Source of the DNA: a virus
Taxonomy: Duplodnaviria > Caudoviricetes
Virus record (IMG/VR): IMGVR_UViG_3300025132_000044
Span: 1 to 57,283 of that record
Reading direction: 5' to 3' (one strand)
DNA: 57,283 nucleotides
A program made the translations under genes and the position numbers. The stretch's first letter is position 1, and each line of letters opens with the position of its first letter. Below, piece after piece: positions 8,770-19,509 of the stretch. The notes under the pieces are model-generated. The model saw only the letters and a list, made by a program, of their open reading frames with translations. It was not told the DNA's origin and made no database searches.

Positions 8770-9222
8770 ATGGAACAAAAATTTATTACAATATTACGTA
8801 AAGTTATAAGAGAAGAATTAAAAACGGTTATAAAAAGCGAATTAACTGAAATTTTGTCAGAAGGATTAAAAACTACAGTTAATGAGATAAAAAATAACAA
8901 TATAAATAAATCAAAATCGTCTCATAAAATAAATTCTAAAAATACATTTAAAGAAAATAAATTTGCAAATATTTTAAATGAAACTGAAAAATTAGTAGAA
9001 AGTAGAACATCAGCTGATTATGCAGATTTAATGAATGAAGATATTGTCATGACTTCTAAAAATGCACAAGGATTTGGAATGCAAAGAAATATGAGTCAAG
9101 TAGCTACAATAGCAGATCCTGAGTCAGGACAACAAATGCAAGTCGATCCTAGTATACAAAAGGCAATGACAAGAGACTATTCTGCGTTAATGAAAGCAAT
9201 AGATAGTAAGAAAGCAAGATAA
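8770..9222 (+). CDS. hypothetical protein (putative head/internal protein)
   Basis: LRKVIREELK...EILSE leader; late motif upstream. Confidence 0.7.
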   Translation: MEQKFITILRKVIREELKTVIKSELTEILSEGLKTTVNEIKNNNINKSKSSHKINSKNTFKENKFANILNETEKLVESRTSADYADLMNEDIVMTSKNAQGFGMQRNMSQVATIADPESGQQMQVDPSIQKAMTRDYSALMKAIDSKKAR

Positions 9223-9225
9223 TAA

Positions 9226-9669
9226 ATGGGATATAAAGTTCTTCCTATAAACGATATAAACTTAACTCCAAATGTTGCAATTGGTGTAAAATTTCCTTTT
9301 GACGGAAAAGGAATATTTCAAAAATCATTTACAACTGATGAACAAGCATCTACTAATATAAAAAGTTTATTACTAACTAGAAAAGGAGAACGATTTGAAC
9401 AACCAAATTTTGGTACTGATTTATTAAATGCATTATTTGAACCAAATACGTCTGAATTAAAAACGTTTATCGAAGAAACAATAACAACTGCAGTTGCTTT
9501 TTGGTTACCATATATTGAAATAGTTGATTTAGATATTGCAACACAAGAAGATGATCCATTATTAATACATAAAATTCAAATTAAAATAACATTTTCAGTA
9601 ACAGGTACAGGATCAGAACAAGTAATAACAATATTTGCAGGAGAAGATGGAATAGTAACTATTGAATAA
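9226..9669 (+). CDS. baseplate wedge protein gp25-like
   Basis: NIKSLLLTRKGERFEQPNFGTDLLNALFEP...WLPYIEI. Confidence 0.9.
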   Translation: MGYKVLPINDINLTPNVAIGVKFPFDGKGIFQKSFTTDEQASTNIKSLLLTRKGERFEQPNFGTDLLNALFEPNTSELKTFIEETITTAVAFWLPYIEIVDLDIATQEDDPLLIHKIQIKITFSVTGTGSEQVITIFAGEDGIVTIE

Positions 9670-9677
9670 GGTAAATT

Positions 9678-11558
9678 ATGGAGATAAAAAAAGATATATC
9701 ATACTTAGGAAAAGATTTTGGTCAATTTAGAAAAAATTTAATAGATTTTACAAAACAATATTTTCCAAATGATTATACAGATTTCAATGAATCATCTCCT
9801 GGTATGTTATTTATGGAAATGGCATCTTATGTTGGTGATGTATTAAGTTATTATTCTGATAATAATTTAAAAGAATCATTATTAGAACAAGCTGCGGAAA
9901 GAAAAAATATATATGACTTAGCAAAAACATTAGGATATCATGCTAGAAATGTTATTCCGTCATATACTACATTAGACGTATTTCAATTAGTACCAGCAAT
10001 CGGATCAGGAGTTAATAATCGTCCAGATTATACATTTGCATTAAGTATAAAGTCTGGACTTCGTGGTAAACAAAATAATGGACCTACACAATTTAGAACA
10101 TTACAAGATGTAGATTTTACTTTTTCATCGTCTTTAAATCCAACTGAAGTAACAGTGTATGAAAGTGATGATGCTACTGGTGAGCCTACATATTATTTAT
10201 TAAAGAAACAAGCCCCTGCAGTATCAGGAAATGTTAAAACAGCAACATTTACATTTGGATCTCCTAAACCGTATGATAAAATTGTTATTAATGATTCTAA
10301 TATTATAGATATTATTGGTATAACTGAATCTGACGGAGATGCATGGACTAAAGTTCCATATTTAGCACAAGATACTGTTTTTACTGAATTACCTAATTTA
10401 ATAGAAAATGATCCAGATTTTGCACAATTTAGAGACTCATCTCCATTTTTATTAAAATTAAGAAAAACATCAAAACGATATGTTTGTAGATTACGAAGTA
10501 ATAATACTTTTGAAATACAGTTTGGAGCTGGTATAAGTGATAATAATGATGAAGAAATTATTCCTAATCCAAAGAATGTTGGAAATGGATTGCAAGGATT
10601 TTCAAGAAATTTAGATGTTGATATAGATCCATCTAATTTTTTATATACAAGAGCATATGGACAAGCTCCTTCAAATACAACGTTAACAGTTACATATTCA
10701 ACCGGAGAAGGAGTAAATGACAATGTTACTTCAGGAGTAGTAACCGATATACAATTTGTAGAATTTTATGATGATCCTAATAGCACATCTAGTGCATCAA
10801 TGTTAAATTTTGTCAAATCTAGTTTAGCAATAAATAATCCCAATCCAGCTACTGGAGGTAAAACTGCAGACACTACTCAAGATATTAAAAATAATGCAAT
10901 GTCAAACTTTGCAACTCAAAACCGTACAGTAACAAAAAATGATTATATTATTAGATCATATGCAATGCCTTCTAAATTTGGATCAGTTGCAAAAGCATAT
11001 ATAGTTCCAGATGATCAATTATCACAAGGAAAATTTGTTTCAAATCGTGTTCCTAATCCATTAGCATTAAATTTATATGTATTAGGTTATAATCAAAATA
11101 AAAATTTAACACAACTAAATGATGCAGTTAAAAATAACTTGAAAAATTATTTATCATATTATAGAATGTTAACAGATGCTGTTAATATTGCAGATGCATT
11201 AATTGTTAATATAACTATAGATTTCGAAATAATAATTAGAAATAATTATAATTCAAACGAAGTATTATTACAATGTATTGATGTTCTTAAATCATATTTT
11301 AATGTTGATAATTGGCAAATTAATCAACCAATTCTAAAAGCTGAGGTAATGAACGTTTTAGGAGCTGTAGGCGGAGTACAAAATGTTGTCGGAATAGATT
11401 TTAAAAATGTATATGACTTAAATGTCGGATATTCAGGAAATGTATATGATTTAGTAGGAGCTACAAAACAAGGAGTAATATATCCTCCATTAGATCCTGC
11501 AATATTTGAAATTAAATATCCTAATCAAGACATTAAAGGAAAAGTAGTAAATTATTAA
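9678..11558 (+). CDS. baseplate wedge protein gp6 / baseplate J-like
   Basis: KDFGQFRKNLI...YTDFNESSPG...YVGDVLSYY...FEIQFGAG...ATGG...TQNRTVTKNDY. Confidence 0.9.
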   Translation: MEIKKDISYLGKDFGQFRKNLIDFTKQYFPNDYTDFNESSPGMLFMEMASYVGDVLSYYSDNNLKESLLEQAAERKNIYDLAKTLGYHARNVIPSYTTLDVFQLVPAIGSGVNNRPDYTFALSIKSGLRGKQNNGPTQFRTLQDVDFTFSSSLNPTEVTVYESDDATGEPTYYLLKKQAPAVSGNVKTATFTFGSPKPYDKIVINDSNIIDIIGITESDGDAWTKVPYLAQDTVFTELPNLIENDPDFAQFRDSSPFLLKLRKTSKRYVCRLRSNNTFEIQFGAGISDNNDEEIIPNPKNVGNGLQGFSRNLDVDIDPSNFLYTRAYGQAPSNTTLTVTYSTGEGVNDNVTSGVVTDIQFVEFYDDPNSTSSASMLNFVKSSLAINNPNPATGGKTADTTQDIKNNAMSNFATQNRTVTKNDYIIRSYAMPSKFGSVAKAYIVPDDQLSQGKFVSNRVPNPLALNLYVLGYNQNKNLTQLNDAVKNNLKNYLSYYRMLTDAVNIADALIVNITIDFEIIIRNNYNSNEVLLQCIDVLKSYFNVDNWQINQPILKAEVMNVLGAVGGVQNVVGIDFKNVYDLNVGYSGNVYDLVGATKQGVIYPPLDPAIFEIKYPNQDIKGKVVNY

Positions 11559-11566
11559 GGTAAAAA

Positions 11567-12727
11567 ATGTTTAAAATAATATATCCATCAGCTGACGCAA
11601 CATTATATGAATCATTATCAACATATAATACTGGATTAGATGAAGTATTAGAAGTAGGAAAACGATTAAGTACGTCTGGAAGTAATTTTTTAAAGTCAAG
11701 ATCGTTAATTAAATTTGATATGAATGATGTAACTAATGCAGTCGACAAATATAATGTTGATTTAAATAGTTGTAAATTTATGTTAAAACTTTATACGACT
11801 CATGCAAAAAATTTACCAGCAACCTATACAATAGATGCAAATCTAGTAGGAGATGATTGGGATAATGGAACAGGATTCCAAAATGTAACAACTCCAATTG
11901 TTGATGGATGTTGTTGGGATAGTCCCAAATCAGGATCATTCTTTTGGACTTCTGGATCTCAATTACAACAAGTAAATGAAACAAGTTTATATATAAGCGG
12001 ATCTGGAAAAGGTGGTAGTTGGTTATATCAATCAGGATCTGGAGTTTATAGTTCTAGTTTTTTCTCACAATCATTTTTTGATCAGCCTGGATTAAATGTC
12101 TCTGAATCATTTGATTTACGACCTACTGATCTTAATATAGATGTTACAGGAGCAATTATTACTTGGATAAGTGGATCAGATAATAAAACAATTCCTAATT
12201 ATGGATTTTTATTAAAATTTTCAGAAGAAGATGAAGCTAGCACAAATGTTTCTGGATTTGTAAGATTTTTTAGTAGAGATACTCATACTATATATGTTCC
12301 TAGAATATTAATGTTATTTGACAAATCATCATTTGATACAGGATCGCTATCAGAATTTGATTTAGATTCATATAAAATATATACAAATTTACAAAAAGAA
12401 TATAAAGATACTAGTGTAAATAAAATTAGAATTTATGCTCGAGATAAATATCCACAAAAATCTCCAACTAATTTATTTCCGCAACAAACCGTAAAATATT
12501 TACCAGCAGATACATTATATTCAGTTATTGACGCAGGAACTGAAGAAGTTGTTATACCATATGATTCTCAATATACAAAAATAAGTTGTGACTCTATAGG
12601 AAATTTTATTAATATTGATATGACAGGTTTAATGCCTGAGCGATATTATAGATTAGCATTTAAAGTAGTTTCTGGTTTTTATGAAGAATTTATTGAAGAT
12701 GATTTATTTTTTAAAGTTGTAAGATAA
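11567..12727 (+). CDS. baseplate-associated structural protein (DNRLRE-like beta sandwich)
   Basis: DATLYE...NTG.DE.LEV...RSLIKFD...W..GTG...NYGFLLK...FFSRDT...P pattern. Confidence 0.6.
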   Translation: MFKIIYPSADATLYESLSTYNTGLDEVLEVGKRLSTSGSNFLKSRSLIKFDMNDVTNAVDKYNVDLNSCKFMLKLYTTHAKNLPATYTIDANLVGDDWDNGTGFQNVTTPIVDGCCWDSPKSGSFFWTSGSQLQQVNETSLYISGSGKGGSWLYQSGSGVYSSSFFSQSFFDQPGLNVSESFDLRPTDLNIDVTGAIITWISGSDNKTIPNYGFLLKFSEEDEASTNVSGFVRFFSRDTHTIYVPRILMLFDKSSFDTGSLSEFDLDSYKIYTNLQKEYKDTSVNKIRIYARDKYPQKSPTNLFPQQTVKYLPADTLYSVIDAGTEEVVIPYDSQYTKISCDSIGNFINIDMTGLMPERYYRLAFKVVSGFYEEFIEDDLFFKVVR

Positions 12728-12728
12728 T

Positions 12729-14915
12729 ATGTTAATAAAAAATTTAAAAAAATATCCAAAACAGTCCCAATTGGGATCTAATATTAGTAATATATTAGGA
12801 AATGCTCAAGGGATTGTACATCAAGCTGTAAGTAATGCAGTACAAGAAAATTTATATACAGCTGGTGGTGAATATGAATTGCCTGATGGAACTGAATTCA
12901 TAGGAGATTATCATATTCATCCAGTACAAGGACCCATGGTTGGGGCTACTCATTCGAGAGGTGCACATGCTTCATTAACTTCAATTAACACTTTAAGTTC
13001 TAATAGACCAATTATTCCTGTAAATACTAATAGACCAACTACAACTGTCGGCGGAGCATTAGTAGGAAGATCTAATACCGGAATGGCTCCTCCACCACCA
13101 ATAGCTCCTACTATGCTATCTGATTTAGAATATGAAAAATATCGTGTTAGTGGATCTGTATATAAATCAAATATTAAATCATTTAATGATCGTGATTTAA
13201 AAGGAAATATACAATTAAATGAAAGTGCTAGTTTAATATCTGGTAATATCAATGAAAAATTAGTATTTGAACCAATTTCAAATAATTTTACAAATAGATC
13301 TGTTTTATCTGCAATTGATACCCAATTTACATTTTTTAAATTTCCAGCACAAATATCAACCACTGTTCAAGATTTAGAATTTGATGAATCAACATTAGAT
13401 ATTGATGTACAAGCTAGTATATTAAGCGATCCATATCAAGGTAAATTAATTAGAAATCAAGCAGACTTTAGTAAAGGACTTTATCTTGTACAAGGAACAG
13501 GAAAACGAAAATTTGAAATAAGAGCTAATAGTATATGGGCATTAAAAAATAATTTGAATCCATTTTCAAATATAAATGATAATATAGATGGTAAAGATGC
13601 CGGCCAAAGAAATGATACGGGCGATGATGGTGTTTTAGATAATACGTTTTTAAATGTATCTCCAGGAATTTTTGATGGGTATGAAATTTTAGATCCATAT
13701 TATCCAGAAGATGCATTTGCAGAAGGAAATGTATATGGAAAAATACAAGTTACACTAACAGAACGATATACAGGATTACCATTACCAACACAACCTTCTC
13801 CTAAATATGCAATTGAAATAATAGGTAGTAGTTTTGGTAAGATAGAATATAGTGATATTAAACCTGATACTTTTAATCCCTCAGATGTTGACTCTGTAAG
13901 GAGAAATAAAACAACAAGACTTGCTGAATTTGATATTGATGAAATGTTAAACAGTACTATACAAATTAATGGTAATTTACCAGATGATTCAAGTTTTACT
14001 GGTACATATAATGACTCATATGCAAACTATCTATCTAATAATGTAAGTATAGATTTAACAAATGGATCTTCTTATCTTAATTTTGTACAAAATGCATTTA
14101 GAAATTTTGTTGCGGGAAATAGTCAAGGATGGGATATTCAACAAATTGCTAAAAGAGATATAAAACCTAAAAACTTTTTAGATGGATTAAAAAGTCCTGG
14201 CGATCCGTCTGGTAATTCAGGATGGGGCGGAAATGTAACATATTATAGAATACAATCTGGTAGATTAGATGAAGAGGATGAAAAAACTAGATTATATAGA
14301 CTTAGAATTCCAATTCCATCAACTGCATTAACAAATAACGGATATAGTTATAGAATATACGAAAATAATACAGATATTACTAATTTGCTTTTAACCAGTA
14401 CTGGAATTCGAGCTAAGACACATGAAAATATTGCAGCTAATTCTGGAGTACCTTTTGAAGATACTACAAATCCTTCAAATGATCGTAATGGATTTTCTTT
14501 AGATATGAATGAAGTATTTCCAAACAATTCATTTCCTAAAAATTCTACAAGAAATATTGAAATTGAAATTGACACATTTGCTCCAGCTGGAAATACTGTC
14601 GACTTATCATTTATATTTGTTGGATTAAATAGATGGGCTAATGGAACTTCAAATTCAGTTGGATCTGATATTCCAACCACCTCCATACAAGTTGTTCCAA
14701 ATACTATTCTGTTTGAAACTCCAAGTTCTGGAGATCAAATGTGGAATTCTAATACACAAGATTACAGTCGAAATTACGATAGAGTTGATAATCTTAAAAA
14801 TTGGAAAGGCTATAATAATGACGGCGGACAATATTTAGAAACCAATTGGAATAGTTCTACTAATATTAGAAAAGTTCCTAATGGAAATGGAGTATATTAT
14901 GGATTTATAAACTAA
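12729..14915 (+). CDS. large virion structural protein, unknown function
   Basis: 728 aa within the baseplate operon; NLYTAGGEY...GDYHIH motif; beta-rich. Confidence 0.6.
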   Translation: MLIKNLKKYPKQSQLGSNISNILGNAQGIVHQAVSNAVQENLYTAGGEYELPDGTEFIGDYHIHPVQGPMVGATHSRGAHASLTSINTLSSNRPIIPVNTNRPTTTVGGALVGRSNTGMAPPPPIAPTMLSDLEYEKYRVSGSVYKSNIKSFNDRDLKGNIQLNESASLISGNINEKLVFEPISNNFTNRSVLSAIDTQFTFFKFPAQISTTVQDLEFDESTLDIDVQASILSDPYQGKLIRNQADFSKGLYLVQGTGKRKFEIRANSIWALKNNLNPFSNINDNIDGKDAGQRNDTGDDGVLDNTFLNVSPGIFDGYEILDPYYPEDAFAEGNVYGKIQVTLTERYTGLPLPTQPSPKYAIEIIGSSFGKIEYSDIKPDTFNPSDVDSVRRNKTTRLAEFDIDEMLNSTIQINGNLPDDSSFTGTYNDSYANYLSNNVSIDLTNGSSYLNFVQNAFRNFVAGNSQGWDIQQIAKRDIKPKNFLDGLKSPGDPSGNSGWGGNVTYYRIQSGRLDEEDEKTRLYRLRIPIPSTALTNNGYSYRIYENNTDITNLLLTSTGIRAKTHENIAANSGVPFEDTTNPSNDRNGFSLDMNEVFPNNSFPKNSTRNIEIEIDTFAPAGNTVDLSFIFVGLNRWANGTSNSVGSDIPTTSIQVVPNTILFETPSSGDQMWNSNTQDYSRNYDRVDNLKNWKGYNNDGGQYLETNWNSSTNIRKVPNGNGVYYGFIN

Positions 14916-14927
14916 TAGAATGTATAT

Positions 14928-17900
14928 ATGTTAAAACAATATTCAAATAAAAAACAAATAATAGATGCTCCAAGTGCTATTGAAGCACAACGATATTCTG
15001 GTGTTGATAAGAATACATTTATTAGAAATATTAATCAATTTATTTTTAATCAAGCTTTTCCTGACGTAGAGTTTCATGTATATGCAGGAGAAGATTGGAT
15101 TACTGGAAAATATGATTCTGTAAATTTATATAGTATAATTGATAAATCAAAATTTATTGATGAAAATAATAATATAATATTAAGTAATTTTCCTTTAAAA
15201 TTAGATTTATTTGAACAATTTAATGACTTAAGTTTAACAGCTGGTAATTACAGATTCATATTAAATTTCTTTGAAAATAAAATTGGTAATTACAATTCGC
15301 CAGCATTAGCTATTGATAAAATAGCTCCAAATAAAAAAGAAATACGTTTACGATTAATTGACGATCAAAACGGACAACATTTACAAGGAATGGCTAGTTG
15401 GGCAGCAAATGTAAATCAAACTGCATTTAATACTCAAACACATGAAACATATGTATTAAATTTTGGACGTAATCAAACAATACATTTTGTTAATAGTGTT
15501 ATTATAGGAAAATATTTATTTGTCAAAACATTAGATCCTGTCGACACTTCAATGTTTAAAAAGAATTTTAAATGTTGGGTATCCAAAGAACTTAAATTAC
15601 CATATGTAGATTCAGTATCAATTACACCAGCAGCTATTATAGAGCAATTTAATACTTTACAAGGTGTTAATTGGCAAGCGTATGATGATGCATTTATGTC
15701 ATCTGAAACTACATTAAAAAATTGGAATGACTTATTAGGATCATCATTACAAACATCTCAGCAAATTATTGATACTTATTTTTCAGGATCATTATCAGGA
15801 GTAAATTTAAATATTGATTATACCGATTTTAATAATTTTGTTTTTTATAGTTCGGCTACAGAGCGATTATCAAATTTTAAATATAAATTAGAACTTCTAG
15901 AATATTATACAAAACAATCTGCATCTAATTCTGCATTAAGTGGAGGAACATCTACAACAAATGCAGCTGATTTTAAATCATTACATGATAACTTAATTGG
16001 AACATTTGATCATTTTGAAAACTTTTTATATTACAAATCTGAATCAGGATTATTTACTAATGACATTCCATTAATTGATCCAAATGTATCATTCATAACA
16101 GGTAGTTATATAACACCAGTACCAAAAAGTAATTTGAATAGACCATATACATTGTATTCTGTTTCTAGTAGCAATTTTGAAAATTGGTATTCTGGAACAT
16201 ATTCTTCTGCATCATTATATGATAAACGTAATAATAATCGTTTAACAAGAACAGTACCAGAATTTATTTTATTAGATGAAAAAAATGAACAGTTAGAAAC
16301 ATTTGTAAATATGTTAGGACATCATTATGACTTATTGTATACATATACAAAAGAAATGATGAAAATACATAATAGAGATGAACATCCTCAAGTTGGAATG
16401 CCAAATGAATTATTATATTCAGTTGCAAAACAATTTGGTTGGACTTTAACAAATGGACATCAATATCAAAATTTATGGGAATATATATTAGGCACTGACG
16501 AATCTGGAACTCCTTTAACTGGATCTAATACTGTTGGAGAACCTTCATTACCAGGCCGAGAAATGACTTATTTAGTATGGCGTAGAATTGTAAATAATAT
16601 ACCAGCATTATTAAAGTCAAAAGGAACAAAACGAAGTATTCAAGCATTATTAGCATGTTATGGTGTACCACAATCATTAATAACAATAAAAGAATATGGC
16701 GGTCCTAGAATTGCAAGAAAACCAGTATATGAAAAACTAAATTTTGATTATGCATTAGATTTAATAGATAATAGTGCTGGTATTGTACAAGTAGATTATA
16801 AGCAACCAATCAATTCAGTTGAATTAAGATTTAAAGTAGATGATGTAATAAAAAATCCTACAGTACCAAGTTCAATGAACTTATATTCTATCGGATCTAA
16901 TAATGTTACTATTGATTTTGTACGTGGAACATTAGGTACATTAAGTATAAATGGAAGTGCTACACAACAAATTGAATGTTATAATGGAGAATATTTAAAT
17001 ACCATATTAAGAAGTGGTTCATTAGGAACATTAGAATTAGTAGTACAAAAATCAAAATTTGGAAAAATTGTAGCTGCAGTTTCTTCTTCAGCAACAGCAA
17101 ATTTTGCCAGTACTGGAACATTGACGATAGGAGGAACTTCTGGTGGTTCTAGATTAGAAGGACAAGTACAAGAACTACGATTATGGACATCTAGTTTGCA
17201 AGATGATCCATTTACTAATCATACAAAAGCTCCTTCTGCGTATGATGGAAATAATAGTGCATATGATGAATTAGTATTTAGATTACCATTAACAGAAAAT
17301 ATAAATCATTCAATAACTTCTAGTTTGGGAGGAGTAGAACCAATTTCTTCTAGTATTTCAGCATCATTTATTGGGTGGAGTTCTGATAATCCATATGATT
17401 CACTTGAAGAAACATATTATTATGATGGTATTTCTATAGGAGCTGGAACCTATGATGATAATAAAATTCGTATAGAACCATATACATTAACTGATAATTT
17501 GAGTAGCACTAATAGAGCTTCATTAGCTAAATATGATACGGCTCCATTGGATTTAAATAAATTAGGAGTATATTATTCTCCTCAAACAATGATAGATGAA
17601 GATATTATAGCACAATTAGGATATCAAAGATTAGATCAGTTTATTGGCGATCCAGAAGATATGAATAAAAAATCATATCCAGAATTAATACAATTAGCTG
17701 CGTCATATTGGAAAAAATATAGTAGTAAAAATGATATTAATGCATTTATTGAATTATTTTCATTATTTGATTTATCATTTTTTAGGCAATTAGATCAATT
17801 AATACCAGCTCGTGTTGATAAAATAAAAGGATTATTAATACAACCTAATTTACTAGAACGAAGCAAAGATTCAGTTTTTAGTAAACCTGTACAATATAAA

Positions 17901-18779
17901 AATAATACATATTCTTCATCAATTGATGACATTCCTCCAGTTATAAGATCTATTAATAACACATTTACTTCTTTATTGTCTGACACATCTCCTGATTTAA
18001 TTGCAAAAGTTAATAATACGTCCGGATCGTTAGCTATTAGAAACATGTATGTAGCAAATAGTTCAGCATTAGGTCATAATATTAATGCAAATATTTCTGC
18101 AGAAGCTTCTTTAGGTGCAATAAATCACAGATATAATGGGTGTAAATTAACCGGCCCTGGAATTAATATTCCAACACAAAATTTTCCAGATGGAGCTCCT
18201 GTTATAACTAAAACTAAAGTTGAAACTAGCAAATTGCGCACAGGCGAAGGAAATACTGATAAAATATTTAGTGGTGATAATGATGACGAAATAATAATAA
18301 AAGAAGATCCAGAAGTAATAATTAGTAAAAATGATCCTACAATTGAAACTATAAAAAATAATCCAGTTAAACCTGGAGGTAGTATTTATAAACGTAGTGA
18401 AGAAACACCTATTAAAAAACCACCAACTACAAAACCAATTAATAGAGGGCAAGGTGGGAAAACAGAAAATACTAAACCTGTAACAAGAAGAGGTAATACA
18501 ACAAGAACAAATACAAGAAGTGGTGAAACAACAAGAAGTGGTGAAACAACAAGATCTAATCAAACTTCAAGAACAAATACAAGAAGTAGTGAAACAACAA
18601 GATCTAATCAAACTTCAAGAACAAATACAAGAAGTAGTGAACCAACTAGAACAAATACAAGAAGTAGTGAACCAACAAGCAATAGGTCAAATACAAGAAG
18701 TAGTGAACCAACAAGCAATAGGTCAAATACAAATAATAGATCAAATAGAAATAATAGATCAAATAGAAATAACTACTAA
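14928..18779 (+). CDS. baseplate wedge protein gp7-like with LamG-like domain and Arg/Thr/Ser-rich tail
   Basis: LLKSKGTKRSIQALLACYG gp7/tail-I-like motif; LTIGG...LEGQVQELRLW LamG-like end. Confidence 0.65.
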   Translation: MLKQYSNKKQIIDAPSAIEAQRYSGVDKNTFIRNINQFIFNQAFPDVEFHVYAGEDWITGKYDSVNLYSIIDKSKFIDENNNIILSNFPLKLDLFEQFNDLSLTAGNYRFILNFFENKIGNYNSPALAIDKIAPNKKEIRLRLIDDQNGQHLQGMASWAANVNQTAFNTQTHETYVLNFGRNQTIHFVNSVIIGKYLFVKTLDPVDTSMFKKNFKCWVSKELKLPYVDSVSITPAAIIEQFNTLQGVNWQAYDDAFMSSETTLKNWNDLLGSSLQTSQQIIDTYFSGSLSGVNLNIDYTDFNNFVFYSSATERLSNFKYKLELLEYYTKQSASNSALSGGTSTTNAADFKSLHDNLIGTFDHFENFLYYKSESGLFTNDIPLIDPNVSFITGSYITPVPKSNLNRPYTLYSVSSSNFENWYSGTYSSASLYDKRNNNRLTRTVPEFILLDEKNEQLETFVNMLGHHYDLLYTYTKEMMKIHNRDEHPQVGMPNELLYSVAKQFGWTLTNGHQYQNLWEYILGTDESGTPLTGSNTVGEPSLPGREMTYLVWRRIVNNIPALLKSKGTKRSIQALLACYGVPQSLITIKEYGGPRIARKPVYEKLNFDYALDLIDNSAGIVQVDYKQPINSVELRFKVDDVIKNPTVPSSMNLYSIGSNNVTIDFVRGTLGTLSINGSATQQIECYNGEYLNTILRSGSLGTLELVVQKSKFGKIVAAVSSSATANFASTGTLTIGGTSGGSRLEGQVQELRLWTSSLQDDPFTNHTKAPSAYDGNNSAYDELVFRLPLTENINHSITSSLGGVEPISSSISASFIGWSSDNPYDSLEETYYYDGISIGAGTYDDNKIRIEPYTLTDNLSSTNRASLAKYDTAPLDLNKLGVYYSPQTMIDEDIIAQLGYQRLDQFIGDPEDMNKKSYPELIQLAASYWKKYSSKNDINAFIELFSLFDLSFFRQLDQLIPARVDKIKGLLIQPNLLERSKDSVFSKPVQYKNNTYSSSIDDIPPVIRSINNTFTSLLSDTSPDLIAKVNNTSGSLAIRNMYVANSSALGHNINANISAEASLGAINHRYNGCKLTGPGINIPTQNFPDGAPVITKTKVETSKLRTGEGNTDKIFSGDNDDEIIIKEDPEVIISKNDPTIETIKNNPVKPGGSIYKRSEETPIKKPPTTKPINRGQGGKTENTKPVTRRGNTTRTNTRSGETTRSGETTRSNQTSRTNTRSSETTRSNQTSRTNTRSSEPTRTNTRSSEPTSNRSNTRSSEPTSNRSNTNNRSNRNNRSNRNNY
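18481..18776 (+). repeat. nested coding tandem repeats (48-, 36- and 18-nt units)
   Basis: GTGAAACAACAAGATCTAATCAAACTTCAAGAACAAATACAAGAAGTA twice at 18541-18636, followed by shorter units encoding TRSSEPTSNRSN and NNRSNR. Confidence 0.9.
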
Positions 18780-18794
18780 AAATTTTTGATTATG

Positions 18795-18802
18795 ATATTT
18801 AT
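18795..18802 (+). promoter_or_regulatory. late-promoter motif ATATTTAT
   Basis: Upstream of ATG 18823. Confidence 0.7.
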
Positions 18803-18822
18803 TAAAAATAAAGGATATAAAC

Positions 18823-19500
18823 ATGGGATATTTAGATAATACATCAATAACGGTTGATGCAATATTAACAAATAAAGGACGTGAATTATTAGCACAAGGA
18901 GCTAATGCGTTTAATATTACACAATTTGCGTTAGGAGATGATGAAATAGATTATACGTTATGGAATCCTGCAGATACTAGAGGTACTGCGTTTTATGGAT
19001 CTGTAATAGAAAATATGCCAGTAACAGAAGCTATTCCAGAACAAACTAAAGCTTTACGATATAAATTATTATCATTGCCAGGAAATAACGCTCAGTATAT
19101 ACCAAAAGTATCTTTAACTCCGCTAGCTCCAGGAACAGTCAATGGAGATGGAGGAACAATTACATTTAACATTGCAACATCAAATTATCCAAATGCAAAT
19201 CAAACATTAGGATATACTGCGATATTACAAAGTGATGCATTTGGAACGTTATCACCAGCTGCTGGTACAGCTTTACAACAACAACCAGCTATTTCTACAG
19301 ATCCTGGATCAATTGCTGTTGTTGGTACTGGTAAATTTGATTTAATTGTTGGGCCAAATCCATCAACTACAAAAACAAGATCAACAACATTAACATTCTT
19401 TGCAAACGAAACAGGAGGTGAAATTTCTGTAGATGTAACTCAAGCTATTAGAACTGCTTTAGCTTCTACTATTGTAGCGAATAATATTGCAACTTTTTAG
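18823..19500 (+). CDS. tail/baseplate protein with tail-collar (DUF3751-like) N-terminal motif
   Basis: ILTNKGRELLA...ITQFALGDDEIDY. Confidence 0.6.
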   Translation: MGYLDNTSITVDAILTNKGRELLAQGANAFNITQFALGDDEIDYTLWNPADTRGTAFYGSVIENMPVTEAIPEQTKALRYKLLSLPGNNAQYIPKVSLTPLAPGTVNGDGGTITFNIATSNYPNANQTLGYTAILQSDAFGTLSPAAGTALQQQPAISTDPGSIAVVGTGKFDLIVGPNPSTTKTRSTTLTFFANETGGEISVDVTQAIRTALASTIVANNIATF

Positions 19501-19509
19501 GATATTAAA

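Noticed and set aside
14641-14838. 65-aa alternative-frame + ORF
   Set aside because: Nested in a well-formed gene, with no motif or start signal
18481-18776. Possible CRISPR array
   Set aside because: Repeats are contiguous, in frame and lack unique spacers
18520-18789. Q/E/I-rich alternative-frame ORF
   Set aside because: Explained by frame-shifted reading of the tandem repeats; GTG start with no initiation signal
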